From an uncultured Erysipelotrichaceae bacterium (GTDB taxonomy: Bacteria > Bacillota_I > Bacilli_A > RF39 > UBA660), in assembly GCA_902778125.1 (NCBI GenBank), contig CACYWH010000012.1:1-60047 (forward strand): a DNA stretch of 60,047 nt, in the 5' to 3' direction. How positions within the stretch are numbered: position 1 is the stretch's first letter; every line of letters starts with the position of its first letter. The translations under genes and the position numbers were made by a program. Below are positions 38,708 through 48,756 of the stretch, piece by piece. Below the pieces are notes generated by a model. That model made no database searches, was not told where the DNA came from, and saw only the letters and a list, made by a program, of their open reading frames with translations.

Positions 38708-38743
38708 AAAAACAGTTCATACCAATTAATCTGAACTGTTTTT
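38708..38743. terminator. Bidirectional terminator between convergent subunit genes
   Basis: AAAAACAGTTCA...TGAACTGTTTTT. Confidence 0.8.
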
Positions 38744-39405
38744 TAACTGTTTGATTGTGTTATATATACTTTTACTTTTAAAGTTATGCAAGGATCTGTT
38801 GGATTATCTTGCCTAAAATTATATGCTCTTGTTCCCCATTGAGTATCTAGCTCATCATTTCCTGATTCATATGCCCACGTAACATTAGTTGTAAATAATG
38901 CAAGTCCTGTTTCTGCTTCCATACTTTGTGAAGAAATATTAAATGATATTTGAAAGGGATATTCATTAAGTAATCTTGTTTTAAGTTGATCACTTGTCAA
39001 ATCACCTGTTACTGATTGCTCACCTTTTTCAGCCCTTCCCTCAATAGTTACATATTCATCGCCCATTATATTCGCTTCTAAAATGCTATAACTTACATTA
39101 GCCATTACTTCACTGTAGTTAAATGCTTTTAATTCATTTGTAAAGTTTGGCATTCCAGGATAAATGTTATCAACTACAACATTAACATAGTCAACAATTT
39201 GGTCATCGCCATCTTTAAAGTCAATTTTCCAAGATGCAACATGTACATCAACAGTATTATTTACCGTATTAACATAGATTAACCAAGCATATGAATTGGC
39301 TACTAGTAATAAAAACAATATAACAAAATGTCTTATTTTAACTTTTTTTAAAATTTTAGCAAAAGTAACTTTCTTTTTTTTCTTATTCTCCGTCATCACC
39401 ATCAT
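38743..39405 (-). CDS. TasA/camelysin-like fibre subunit with SipW-class signal peptide
   Basis: Signal ending NSYA/WL, NIYPG, VTWAYE...DT. Confidence 0.75.
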   Translation of the reverse strand: MMVMTENKKKKKVTFAKILKKVKIRHFVILFLLLVANSYAWLIYVNTVNNTVDVHVASWKIDFKDGDDQIVDYVNVVVDNIYPGMPNFTNELKAFNYSEVMANVSYSILEANIMGDEYVTIEGRAEKGEQSVTGDLTSDQLKTRLLNEYPFQISFNISSQSMEAETGLALFTTNVTWAYESGNDELDTQWGTRAYNFRQDNPTDPCITLKVKVYITQSNS

Positions 39406-39952
39406 CCTTATTAAACATAGATGAAATGATTTCTATTGAAATAACTACTCCTATTGTCATAAATAATATATAATATGATATTCTATTATTCATAAGTTTA
39501 CCAAACGTGCTTAATAATTTTGTTCTATATATTATCTTACCATATATCTGATTATATGTAATTTCAGGGTCTGGAATAGTATTAGCAAGGCCCTTAGTAG
39601 TAAAGTATGTTACCCCATCCCTTTCTTCTTTTTGTATTACTTTATGAGTAACAATTAAGCCATTTAAAGAACTTTTTTGTCCCCTGTAAGTTACATTATC
39701 GCCAACATTAATATCTTCCTCTTTAACAGCTTTAGATACTAAAATATCACCGACATGATATTCATCTTCCATTGATCCAGATACAACCATAAATACTCGC
39801 ACACCAAAGAAAGACATATCATTGTTACTAAATTTTTGTATTCCAACTACCAATAACAGTAGTGCCATTACAATAAATAACAATATTTTTATTGCTTTTA
39901 CAAAAATATTATTTTCAAATTTTTCTTTAAAATTTTTTACTGTTTTTTTCAT
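39383..39952 (-). CDS. sipW: SipW-type (ER-type, Ser-His) signal peptidase I (start moved from 40009 to ATG 39952)
   Basis: VVSGSM, VGD, VTHKV, TKG.AN, GK; N- and C-terminal TM helices. Confidence 0.88.
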   Translation of the reverse strand: MKKTVKNFKEKFENNIFVKAIKILLFIVMALLLLVVGIQKFSNNDMSFFGVRVFMVVSGSMEDEYHVGDILVSKAVKEEDINVGDNVTYRGQKSSLNGLIVTHKVIQKEERDGVTYFTTKGLANTIPDPEITYNQIYGKIIYRTKLLSTFGKLMNNRISYYILFMTIGVVISIEIISSMFNKDDGDDGE

Positions 39953-39956
39953 GTTA

Positions 39957-41084
39957 TCACCTAAAACTAAATTCTGTAATTTTATTGACATAAGCATCGA
40001 TTTTATCATTAAACTTACGTTCTAATTCAGCAAGAGTTGCCTCATTTTTATTTTTAATTACAGCTAGTTTATCTCCTATTACTTCTTGTATTTTTTCGAT
40101 TGGTAAATCTGCATTTAATTCAATTATTTTATCAATCATTTTATTTGTTAAATCTTCAACCATCTCTGTTTTAGCATCAACATCAAGTTCACCCTCATCT
40201 TTATTAATACTCATTATAGTTAAGTAATTAAGCAAAAATGTATCATCTAACATTTGATGTATTTCAACATTGTCCTCAATTAATTTTTTATCTTTCTTTA
40301 CATTATTATCATATGTAGCATTTGCCTGAATAAAATCCCATAATTTCATAGCATATTGAAAGTTAACATTTTTTAATATTAAGTTAGTTTTCTTAATTGG
40401 AGGTATTACTCTCGCAACATGTTCTTTAGCAAGAGAAACATACACCGGCATATTTGTTAAATCAGAAACTCTTAATTTTAATCTTTCAAGTCTCTGCATA
40501 GGATTCATTCCATTTCTAATGCCATCTTCTTTATCATAATTAGTTTTTGATGTTATTACCATATTAATATTAATTTTTTCTGCACCTATCTTACTTACTC
40601 CATTATATTCACAAGTTTTAACATCTTTTAATTTAGAAGAAGATACTAAATTTCTTTCTTTCATTTCAATAAATAACTTCATATTATTTATAAGAGTATA
40701 AATTAGTCTATTTTCATAAGTATTGTAGCTCTCATCTTTATTAATATTTAGTATTTTTGATGGCTTAACATCTCCATTATCCTCAATCTCTTGAATAAAA
40801 TTTGTATGCTTTGCTAAGTGTTTAATACTTTCTACTGTAATTCTTCTTGCTTGCTCAACTTTAACAATTTCTTCTTCGTTTACAATGAATCTATTTGGGT
40901 TTCTCAATATATTATCTAAATACATAATAGTATCTTCCATAATATCTAACCATGTAAAATCCGCTTCCACTTTTTCATAATTAGAAGCAAGTGAATATTG
41001 TGATTTTAATGATGCATTAAATTTTGTTAATTTTTTAGATCTAGTCGCATTATATAATTGCACAACTTTCAATTCATTTTGCAT
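39957..41084 (-). CDS. DUF2357/McrC-N-like protein without a visible nuclease domain
   Basis: SIKHLAKH, PSKIL, YNTYENRLI and KTNLILKNVNF..AMKLW motifs; directly follows the McrB-like gene; C-terminus is coiled-coil-like. Confidence 0.7.
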   Translation of the reverse strand: MQNELKVVQLYNATRSKKLTKFNASLKSQYSLASNYEKVEADFTWLDIMEDTIMYLDNILRNPNRFIVNEEEIVKVEQARRITVESIKHLAKHTNFIQEIEDNGDVKPSKILNINKDESYNTYENRLIYTLINNMKLFIEMKERNLVSSSKLKDVKTCEYNGVSKIGAEKININMVITSKTNYDKEDGIRNGMNPMQRLERLKLRVSDLTNMPVYVSLAKEHVARVIPPIKKTNLILKNVNFQYAMKLWDFIQANATYDNNVKKDKKLIEDNVEIHQMLDDTFLLNYLTIMSINKDEGELDVDAKTEMVEDLTNKMIDKIIELNADLPIEKIQEVIGDKLAVIKNKNEATLAELERKFNDKIDAYVNKITEFSFR

Positions 41085-41105
41085 AGTTTTAACCCTTTCT
41101 ATTCA

Positions 41106-42647
41106 TTATCCCATTTTCTTAAGTCTTAATACATATTCAATACATTCTTTCATCTTATTTTCGCCGAATGTTTTATTTAAGAAATCTACAAATCCATCGA
41201 TTTCATCACGAATCAATGAAATATTTAATTGTTCAAATTTACGTAAAATTTTCTTAGCAATAAAGTAATCTACACCATCTACTTCATCTCCACCACAGGC
41301 AACATATACAGGAACAAATTTCTTCATGTGAGCAACAATTCTGTTACCAAAGGCAATTCTGAAGTGTTTAATAACATAATCATCCATCTCTTCAATTTTT
41401 TCAAGTACTTTTTCAGACATTTGATTATTTGCAATTGCCTCTTTAAATAAATTGTTTAAGTATGAATAATTTATATCTTGAGCAGGTGTATCAATTGGAT
41501 CAAAAACTTGACCTTTATCATTGATATCAAGCGGCATAGCACGGTCGTAAACTTTATCAGTTACCATAAATGTTGAGTCATCGTTATTGATTGTTCCAAT
41601 ATACCAACAGTTAGGTGGTATTTTTAATTTACCATTCTTTAAATGAACTGGGTCGCTTGGCCAACCTGAAGAAACAACCTCAACAATCCATTCATCTTGA
41701 TTTGGCATCTCTAATATAGATAGCATTTCTGCAAAATAGTATTCTACACGAGAGATGTTCATTTCATCTAGGATTACTGTATGAATATCATCAGTATATC
41801 CAGCTTCATATAACGTTCTTAATATATCTGTTTCATTGAACTTTTTAGTAAATTCGTTGAAATATCCAAATAGTTCTGATCTATCACGCCATGATGGCTG
41901 TACAGAAGCAACACAGGAATCGTGTTTTAAAAATTTTCCCCAAGCATAAGCAAGTGATGTTTTACCAGTACCAGATATACCTTGTAAAATTACAAGCTTT
42001 GTACTTGCTAATGCTGATATAAATAATCTAATCATTTCAGATTTATAATATAGTCTTAATTGACTTGCTGCAAAATTTCTAAATATTTCAACAAGTTCAG
42101 GTAATGTAAATGTATTTCCATAATTAGGAATTTTGTAATTCTCATATTCAACATCTACATCATGCAATTTAGCAAATCTAATTGCAGTATTCTTATCAAG
42201 TTCTTCTTCACCACCTGAAGAAGCTGCTTCACCGTTTTCATTTAAAACAGGACTTTCATCAGGCTTCAATCCAAGCTGTGAAATCTTCATTGCCAAAATA
42301 TCTTCCTTTTCTTTTAGTAAAGATGCAACTCTACCATTTAAGTCAGATATTTCATCCAACATAGATTCTTGTTCAACAACTGTTTTTCTAAATCTAACAT
42401 ATTTTCTTATAATATATACGATTAATAATACTACTAGTCCTACAAATATTAATAAAAGTAATATTGATACCCCAAATAATACCCATTCACTAATATTAAA
42501 GTCTCCCTTATAATCATTAGCGATTCTTATATATGATTTAACATCGAATATTTTTTTAACTCCATCAAAGAGTCCTTTAAATATTGAGATAAACCCTGAG
42601 AAAAATTGAGATAATATTTCATAAAAATATTTTAAAAATGTTCTCAT
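41106..42647 (-). CDS. Membrane-anchored McrB-family AAA+ NTPase
   Basis: Walker A QGISGTGKT, VQPSWRD..ELFGY, Walker B ILDEMN, SRVEYYFAEMLS, NxxD-type signature GTINNDDS, SDKV-like TDKVYDRA; N-terminal TM helix at about aa 55-80 and a coiled coil. Confidence 0.85.
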   Translation of the reverse strand: MRTFLKYFYEILSQFFSGFISIFKGLFDGVKKIFDVKSYIRIANDYKGDFNISEWVLFGVSILLLLIFVGLVVLLIVYIIRKYVRFRKTVVEQESMLDEISDLNGRVASLLKEKEDILAMKISQLGLKPDESPVLNENGEAASSGGEEELDKNTAIRFAKLHDVDVEYENYKIPNYGNTFTLPELVEIFRNFAASQLRLYYKSEMIRLFISALASTKLVILQGISGTGKTSLAYAWGKFLKHDSCVASVQPSWRDRSELFGYFNEFTKKFNETDILRTLYEAGYTDDIHTVILDEMNISRVEYYFAEMLSILEMPNQDEWIVEVVSSGWPSDPVHLKNGKLKIPPNCWYIGTINNDDSTFMVTDKVYDRAMPLDINDKGQVFDPIDTPAQDINYSYLNNLFKEAIANNQMSEKVLEKIEEMDDYVIKHFRIAFGNRIVAHMKKFVPVYVACGGDEVDGVDYFIAKKILRKFEQLNISLIRDEIDGFVDFLNKTFGENKMKECIEYVLRLKKMG

Positions 42648-43634
42648 TTACTCACCTCTTAATGTTATCATTGTTGTTTTAACATCGTCTCGACTATTCA
42701 TAATAATATCATAATATCTATACTTTTTATCAAGGAAAATATATGTAAATAGTAGTAAACAACTAAAATCCATATCATATGTCTCATCAAGTTCAAGAGA
42801 GATACTAAACCCTTGATTAATTAAATTATTTATTTGTTTCTTATATTTTTTATAATCTTGATATTTAATTTTTAAATGTATCTTTGTTTTTAAATAATCA
42901 TTATCTATAGCTTTAATATATTTTAATATTTTCTTTTGCTTATCAAACAATGATACAGGAAAATCTATAACATAATTATTATCATATTTTAGTTCCATTG
43001 AATCTTTTAGAACTCTAGAAGATAATAATAGTAACATTAAATATACTTTATTTTCAATAACAACTTCTGAATCATATGCTCTTTCTATAGCATATTCACT
43101 ATATAATTTTGAAACGCTAAAATCATGTAATAAATCAATAACAATAACGTTATTATCATAAGTTGTTTCTTCTAAGTGAAAATCCTTTGACTCAAATAAT
43201 TTATAAAATTCATTTCTTTTACTAATATATTCTCTTGCTAAACTATTTAACTCTTCTCTAGTATTTTCACTATATGTTAGTGTAATAGTTTTATCACTGA
43301 ATAAAGATTTGATTATTGAATTTAATTCAGTAAAACTATTACATTTTTCAATAAATAATATATAACTGAATAAAGCGAATATATTTTTGACTTTCTCTGT
43401 CTTATCTTTACTTTCATTAATTATTTCTTTAGCAACATTATTTAATTCTTTATTTAATCTAACAGTAAACTTATTATCAAGAATTACAGAATCATTATAA
43501 TATCTTACGGAAATATATTTATCTATAAGTGGTCTTACTAATCTTCTTTCATATTTATTTTCAAGAAGTAGTCTAAAATAGTTAGAAAGAAAGTTTTCTA
43601 CAAATTTAATATAATCATCAAAAATACAATTCAT
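42648..43634 (-). CDS. Hypothetical protein with degenerate EAL-like C-terminal region
   Basis: YVIDFPVSLF...KIHLKIKYQD...INNLINQGFSISLELD mirrors the EAL-fold N-x-S / E-I-T-E / G-x-x-I-A-L-D-D layout without the catalytic residues. Confidence 0.45.
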   Translation of the reverse strand: MNCIFDDYIKFVENFLSNYFRLLLENKYERRLVRPLIDKYISVRYYNDSVILDNKFTVRLNKELNNVAKEIINESKDKTEKVKNIFALFSYILFIEKCNSFTELNSIIKSLFSDKTITLTYSENTREELNSLAREYISKRNEFYKLFESKDFHLEETTYDNNVIVIDLLHDFSVSKLYSEYAIERAYDSEVVIENKVYLMLLLLSSRVLKDSMELKYDNNYVIDFPVSLFDKQKKILKYIKAIDNDYLKTKIHLKIKYQDYKKYKKQINNLINQGFSISLELDETYDMDFSCLLLFTYIFLDKKYRYYDIIMNSRDDVKTTMITLRGE

Positions 43635-43642
43635 TCTTCCTC

Positions 43643-44542
43643 CTAACTAGCAGAAAAGGTTACAACCGATGTATTATTTACAATTGGATATGTCCAATTT
43701 CTACTACTATCCCTTTTATAAAATCTTATTTCTTTACTCATCATAACATCCATTGGAAATGTTATGTTGCTAATATAATCAACCCCGTTATAATTTGTAG
43801 TTTGATATGTAGCTGATGACATTATTTCACTTGTCGTATCTAATATTATTACCGACGGATTAAATGATAATGTAATTACAGCAGAAGCACATTTGGCTTT
43901 ATTTTCATCACTTAAAGCTAAATAATCATTAGTAGTTATTAAATCATTTACTGAATAATCACCAAATGCAGTTATTACCTTGTAAGTATCAAGTGCATTT
44001 GTTATTGAAAAAATTAAATATGGTGATCCTTCACTATCGGTAATTTCATAATCAATGCCTCTTCTACCAACAGTAACAACAAATGTAGCACTCAATGTTT
44101 TAACATAAGGTGTACTTGATGTGGCTGATACAGTAACAGTAACAGACTCATTATCATTAAATGGTCTAGTTGGAGTTAATGTAAGAGTAAAATCATCTGT
44201 TTTTTCAGCAACTTGTATTACACCACTATCTGAACTTAATGAACAAATAAGTCCATTATCACAAGTAATATCTAGAGTATACTCTATATCAGTATCGCTG
44301 GTTAAAATATTATTCTTATGATTATTAAGTTCAAATTGTATTTCAATATTACCAGCACCACCCCAGTTATTAATTCCATAAGTTACACCACCAGAAACTA
44401 ATTTGTCGCTATTAAAAAAGAAATGATTAGCTTCCATTATATAATTTCTTATGTTTTCAGTGATATACCTACTAAATGTAATACCAACTGGAAGTAATAG
44501 TATTAAGATTATCAAAATTATTATTAATCTTCTTCTCTTCAT
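43643..44542 (-). CDS. Fibre subunit-like exported protein with SipW-class signal peptide
   Basis: Signal ending ITFS/RY, FFFNSD.L, DIEYTL; Ser/Thr- and beta-strand-rich. Confidence 0.7.
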   Translation of the reverse strand: MKRRRLIIILIILILLLPVGITFSRYITENIRNYIMEANHFFFNSDKLVSGGVTYGINNWGGAGNIEIQFELNNHKNNILTSDTDIEYTLDITCDNGLICSLSSDSGVIQVAEKTDDFTLTLTPTRPFNDNESVTVTVSATSSTPYVKTLSATFVVTVGRRGIDYEITDSEGSPYLIFSITNALDTYKVITAFGDYSVNDLITTNDYLALSDENKAKCASAVITLSFNPSVIILDTTSEIMSSATYQTTNYNGVDYISNITFPMDVMMSKEIRFYKRDSSRNWTYPIVNNTSVVTFSAS

Positions 44543-44584
44543 TGCTATTCTCCAATCATAAAAATTATAGCATATAAAAAGAGA

Positions 44585-45199
44585 TTATGCAACTTGAGAA
44601 GCCTTAATTATTATTGAAAATAATTCAACAAATCCTTCATACAAGTCTGGATAATCTTTATAACTTTCTGGAAATACAACTTTTAATATATATTCATCTG
44701 TTTCATTTGCAGAATGCCTAAACCTAGTAGTAACATCACTTTCAAATACTTTATAGTATACATCATTTTCATCTTGTCTTATTGAAGAACTACTAATGAT
44801 ACTAGTATAATCATCATCATAAGTTTCATTTTTAATTATTTCATATTGAAGCGGTAAATTAGTTGTTGTTTCAAATGTAACAGTATAATCCAAATCTACA
44901 TCTGCTCTTTTTTCATCATTAAAATTTCTAACATAAAATCTATAATATTTGGGTTCATCACTAGGTTCTAATCCAGTTATAGATATAGAACCCTCATATG
45001 TTCCTTGATCTATTATAAAAAAGGCAACTTGTGCATTTGCACTAACATCCGCTTCTGATTCATACCTAGACATAGTAGATGAACCAATATTAACAATAAT
45101 TACTAAAGCAGCAAAAATAAATATTAATTTACCTACTAATATAAATTTATCCTTATCAAATTTTTTAATTAAACTTTTAAGCATCCTTATCCTCATCAA
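44585..45199 (-). CDS. TasA/camelysin-like fibre subunit with SipW-class signal peptide
   Basis: Signal ending STMS/RY, GLEPS, FYVRN, DVDLDYTV, TTNLPLQY. Confidence 0.72.
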   Translation of the reverse strand: MMRIRMLKSLIKKFDKDKFILVGKLIFIFAALVIIVNIGSSTMSRYESEADVSANAQVAFFIIDQGTYEGSISITGLEPSDEPKYYRFYVRNFNDEKRADVDLDYTVTFETTTNLPLQYEIIKNETYDDDYTSIISSSSIRQDENDVYYKVFESDVTTRFRHSANETDEYILKVVFPESYKDYPDLYEGFVELFSIIIKASQVA

Positions 45200-45965
45200 T
45201 ATTTGTCTTAATTCTACTCATTAGTTCATCTAAATCTAATCTTACTGTATAATTTAAGAAATCTTGTTCCTTTTTATCAAACTTAACATTTTCGCCATTT
45301 ATGACTTTATCTGTTTTTTCATATAATTTTGCCATTTCTTCCTTTGTCATTTTTGGACTATCTTTTTCCTTATTAATTTCCTCTAAAGGAATATCTTTAA
45401 TTTTATTTACTATCTTAACATTCCTATTGTTTTTATTTCCATTATAAGAAAATGCAATATCAAATAATATAAGTGTTACAAATATCATTATTATGATAAT
45501 AGGTGTTTTAAATACTTTATGCCATACTCCTGCATTAGAAAAAACTTTAATAACTTTTCCGATTATTCTATCCTTTGTAATAGCAACATCAGATGTATTA
45601 TTAGCATCTCCTTTAGTAATGATATTATTTTCATTTACCGTTATTATTCTGTGTGTTATATAGGCATTATTTTCTTTAAATGTTACAATATCACCTTTTA
45701 CATATTCCTTACTCTTTTTTATGATAATCATATCATTCTGATGAATTTCAGGCTCCATACTACCGCTGGCTACACCAAAAACAGAGTAACCAAACATATT
45801 AAAATACTCTTCACCCTTAACCATCATTTTAACTTTAGCAAATATTATTAATATTAGAATTAAAAATACTAACATAGTTAAAACATCAATAATAGTTTTA
45901 AATACTTTCTTTACTATTTTTGACACCCCGTTTTCATTCTTTTTATGGTTCCACTTCTGGTTCAA
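45177..45965 (-). CDS. sipW: SipW-type signal peptidase I with C-terminal cytoplasmic extension
   Basis: VASGSMEP, GDIVTF, ITHRI, TKGDAN, IIGKV. Confidence 0.92.
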   Translation of the reverse strand: MNQKWNHKKNENGVSKIVKKVFKTIIDVLTMLVFLILILIIFAKVKMMVKGEEYFNMFGYSVFGVASGSMEPEIHQNDMIIIKKSKEYVKGDIVTFKENNAYITHRIITVNENNIITKGDANNTSDVAITKDRIIGKVIKVFSNAGVWHKVFKTPIIIIMIFVTLILFDIAFSYNGNKNNRNVKIVNKIKDIPLEEINKEKDSPKMTKEEMAKLYEKTDKVINGENVKFDKKEQDFLNYTVRLDLDELMSRIKTNIDEDKDA

Positions 45966-46596
45966 CCTCAGGATCTACTGGTGGAACATATGGCTCTATA
46001 GTTTCACCTAAATATTGAACCGCATGCACATTTATAGGAACCCTTAGTGCATTTCCTGCCACTTCTCCAAGTGCAGTATCAGCTTCATTATAAGCTTCCA
46101 AATCATCCCATTCTAGAGATATTCTTAGCGTTACTGTTTGACCATTTCTTATTGAATCCAATGATATTACGCCAGAATAAGTATTTTCAGCAGTCTTGAT
46201 TGTTGAACCCGCTGAAAGTTCATCAACGGAAATAGATATATTATCTTCATAATCTATTTCATCCACTTTAAATTCTATATCATATTTTACTGCAACATCA
46301 CAAAGTGTAGCATCAAATACCAAATCAAAATATGCGTTCCCTCCAGGAGCAATATATCCACTTGCTACATGTTCATTAGAAGAATATACAAAGTTATCGA
46401 TTTCTAATTCTTCACTCAATCCATCAGATATTATGTTGTTACTAAGTTTAATTACCCACTTACCAATTGTTTCATTAACAACTGCATTTGCATTGTCTTC
46501 AAATAACGCGAATGTATTAGTAAGTAAAAGAATAGTAATACTTACTGATGCAATTACTAATAACCATAATAATAATCTTAATCTATTCTTCATCAT
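45943..46596 (-). CDS. TasA/camelysin-like fibre subunit with SipW-class signal peptide
   Basis: Signal ending NTFA/LF, IAPGGNAYFDL, DVAVKYDI, LEWDD...DT; PEVEPEVEP tail. Confidence 0.75.
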   Translation of the reverse strand: MMKNRLRLLLWLLVIASVSITILLLTNTFALFEDNANAVVNETIGKWVIKLSNNIISDGLSEELEIDNFVYSSNEHVASGYIAPGGNAYFDLVFDATLCDVAVKYDIEFKVDEIDYEDNISISVDELSAGSTIKTAENTYSGVISLDSIRNGQTVTLRISLEWDDLEAYNEADTALGEVAGNALRVPINVHAVQYLGETIEPYVPPVDPEVEPEVEP

Positions 46597-47113
46597 CTTC
46601 AGATTTTATCTCTTCCACAATTGAATATATCTCATATACTACAGCAAATATAGTTGGGAAAATTATAAAGAACATGAATCCCCATCTAGATTCAAGGATA
46701 GATAATAATAATCCCCATCCACGACATACTTTAGTTTCTTTTTCCGGTCCTAATAATCTACTATAAGAAACCGCATCATCCCCAAAATAATATGCATCTT
46801 CACCGTGTTCAACTTCATCAATTTTAGTTATTTCACCGTGATTAATGAAAATATAATCAGCAGCGTTATCTAAATAAAAGAATGCATTATCTCCAACTGA
46901 ATATTTGTTTTCAGCTACCTTTTTAACAATTAATATATCATTTTTATTATATAATGGCTCCAATCTTTCACTATCAACTATAAATATCGAATAGCTACCA
47001 ATTTCACTAACACTATAATCGTTATATGATATTAATAATATTGTAGTAGTTATAGCAACTAAAACCCATATTGATATTAATAAACCTTTCACAACACTTA
47101 CTACTTTTTTCAT
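46583..47113 (-). CDS. Degenerate SipW-like protein (probable pseudo-peptidase)
   Basis: Same topology as SipW; FIVDSERLEP replaces FxVxSGSMEP, with NDILIVK and SVGD retained; no TKGDAN. Confidence 0.65.
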   Translation of the reverse strand: MKKVVSVVKGLLISIWVLVAITTTILLISYNDYSVSEIGSYSIFIVDSERLEPLYNKNDILIVKKVAENKYSVGDNAFFYLDNAADYIFINHGEITKIDEVEHGEDAYYFGDDAVSYSRLLGPEKETKVCRGWGLLLSILESRWGFMFFIIFPTIFAVVYEIYSIVEEIKSEDDEE

Positions 47114-47158
47114 AAAACCTCACTTTACCTTAATTCAATTATAATATTACTAAATTTA

Positions 47159-48652
47159 TTAGTCAATTATCTTTGAATTTATAACATATTTTATCTCATC
47201 TAGATTAATTCCTAGATTTTTAATATCATAATAGAATAAAACTTTTTCACTATTGTTTATCATTTTATCTATTTGATCACCAATGTTTTCAGAATCAACC
47301 TTAATTCCATTTAATTGATACTTTTCACATATTATTTTAATTAAATCTTTGTCTTCTGATAATACAATATTATCTATCACATCAACATCTTTATCATATA
47401 AGTATTTTTGTAAATCTAATAAATATTTATCTATGTTTTCCATAGTTAACTCAATCTCATTAGTTTCCAAAAGTTTCTTAAAATAATTAAAATTATACGT
47501 TGCGAATTTTAATCCATCATAATAATTAGTATCGTTTGTAAAATTATTTTTAATTATTTCTTTAATATCTAAATCAGCGAGTTCATTATATAAATTATTT
47601 AATGTTTCTAAAGATTTTGCTCTATCCAATTTGGCATTAGCAAGCTTAACAGCATTAAGTTTAAATAATCCTTTTTTATTAATTTTTTTATTTAGACCAA
47701 ATAATTTACTTTCTTCCTTAGATATTTCCTTTAATTTATTATTATATAAATCTTTATATTCTTCTTTATGTGAATATAATTCCTTTAAATCAACTATAAT
47801 AAATTCATAATTTTTAAACCCTTTATATTCAAGCAATGATTTTCTAAAATTCATTACATTTTCATAATTTCTTTCGTTAGTTTCTTCTACCAATAATGAA
47901 GATAACAATTCACCAGTTTTTCTTTCATCAGTATATTCATTTATATCAAGTTCACCATTAATAAATAAATCATAAATATATTTACTATTATTATGTTTTA
48001 AATACTCATTATTATTAACTCCACCTCTATAATTAGATATATAATTATGGAAATCAAATGTAGCATATTTATTTTTATAATAATTATCTATTTTAGATTT
48101 ATTTTTATAGAATAGATACCATATATTCAACGAAATTTCATCTAGTAAATTTGGGTTTTTAAAGAAGATATCATTAAATACATCTATAATAGAATCACTT
48201 GAATTAAGTAATGTCTTAATATATAGATTTACTGCTTCAGTATGATTAAAATCTTTTTCACTTAAACTAATGCCCACATTTTTAAATAAATTGATTATTT
48301 CCATTATTATATTATTAATATTTTCTAAACTACCGGTTGATTGCTTTAATTTGAATAATAGATAATCTAAATTCATTTTATCTTTTGATAAACACCTAGA
48401 ATCAGATAATTTAAGTGTATTATAATCCATATCATCAACTTCCACTGTAAATGAAACCGCATTATATTTATTAACTATTTCTTCTTTTCTTCTTTTAATT
48501 TCAGAAACACATTCATCTAACTTACCTTCATACGTCTTTAAATTCTCACTAATATATTCAACATATTTTTCAATATTTTTCTTATTATTAGTAGGAAGGA
48601 CATCTATGTTAGAATTTATTTTTTCTATTTCTTCTTTTACTTTATCAATCAT
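47159..48652 (-). CDS. Hypothetical helical cytoplasmic protein in the fibre locus
   Basis: 497-aa ORF with GGAGG RBS, no signal or TM segment, coiled-coil-like stretches. Confidence 0.75.
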   Translation of the reverse strand: MIDKVKEEIEKINSNIDVLPTNNKKNIEKYVEYISENLKTYEGKLDECVSEIKRRKEEIVNKYNAVSFTVEVDDMDYNTLKLSDSRCLSKDKMNLDYLLFKLKQSTGSLENINNIIMEIINLFKNVGISLSEKDFNHTEAVNLYIKTLLNSSDSIIDVFNDIFFKNPNLLDEISLNIWYLFYKNKSKIDNYYKNKYATFDFHNYISNYRGGVNNNEYLKHNNSKYIYDLFINGELDINEYTDERKTGELLSSLLVEETNERNYENVMNFRKSLLEYKGFKNYEFIIVDLKELYSHKEEYKDLYNNKLKEISKEESKLFGLNKKINKKGLFKLNAVKLANAKLDRAKSLETLNNLYNELADLDIKEIIKNNFTNDTNYYDGLKFATYNFNYFKKLLETNEIELTMENIDKYLLDLQKYLYDKDVDVIDNIVLSEDKDLIKIICEKYQLNGIKVDSENIGDQIDKMINNSEKVLFYYDIKNLGINLDEIKYVINSKIID

Positions 48653-48746
48653 TTTTCTTTTCCTCCAACTTTTGTTTTAAAGTATCAGTAAAATCTTTTA
48701 AGATTTTATAAAGTTCTAATATTTCCTCATAACTTAATTCTTTCAT
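48645..48746 (-). CDS. 33-aa small helical protein; absent from the ORF track
   Basis: MKELSYEEILELYKILKDFTDTLKQKLEEKKND*. Its GGGAGG RBS abuts the adhesin stop, and its own stop overlaps the next start (ATGATTGA). Confidence 0.7.
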   Translation of the reverse strand: MKELSYEEILELYKILKDFTDTLKQKLEEKKND

Positions 48747-48756
48747 AAATTCCTCC

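Noticed and set aside
39957-42647. Canonical McrBC restriction system
   Set aside because: No recognisable DNA-binding or nuclease domain, the NTPase has a TM anchor and the genes are embedded among sipW and subunit genes. Kept as a repurposed-module hypothesis instead.
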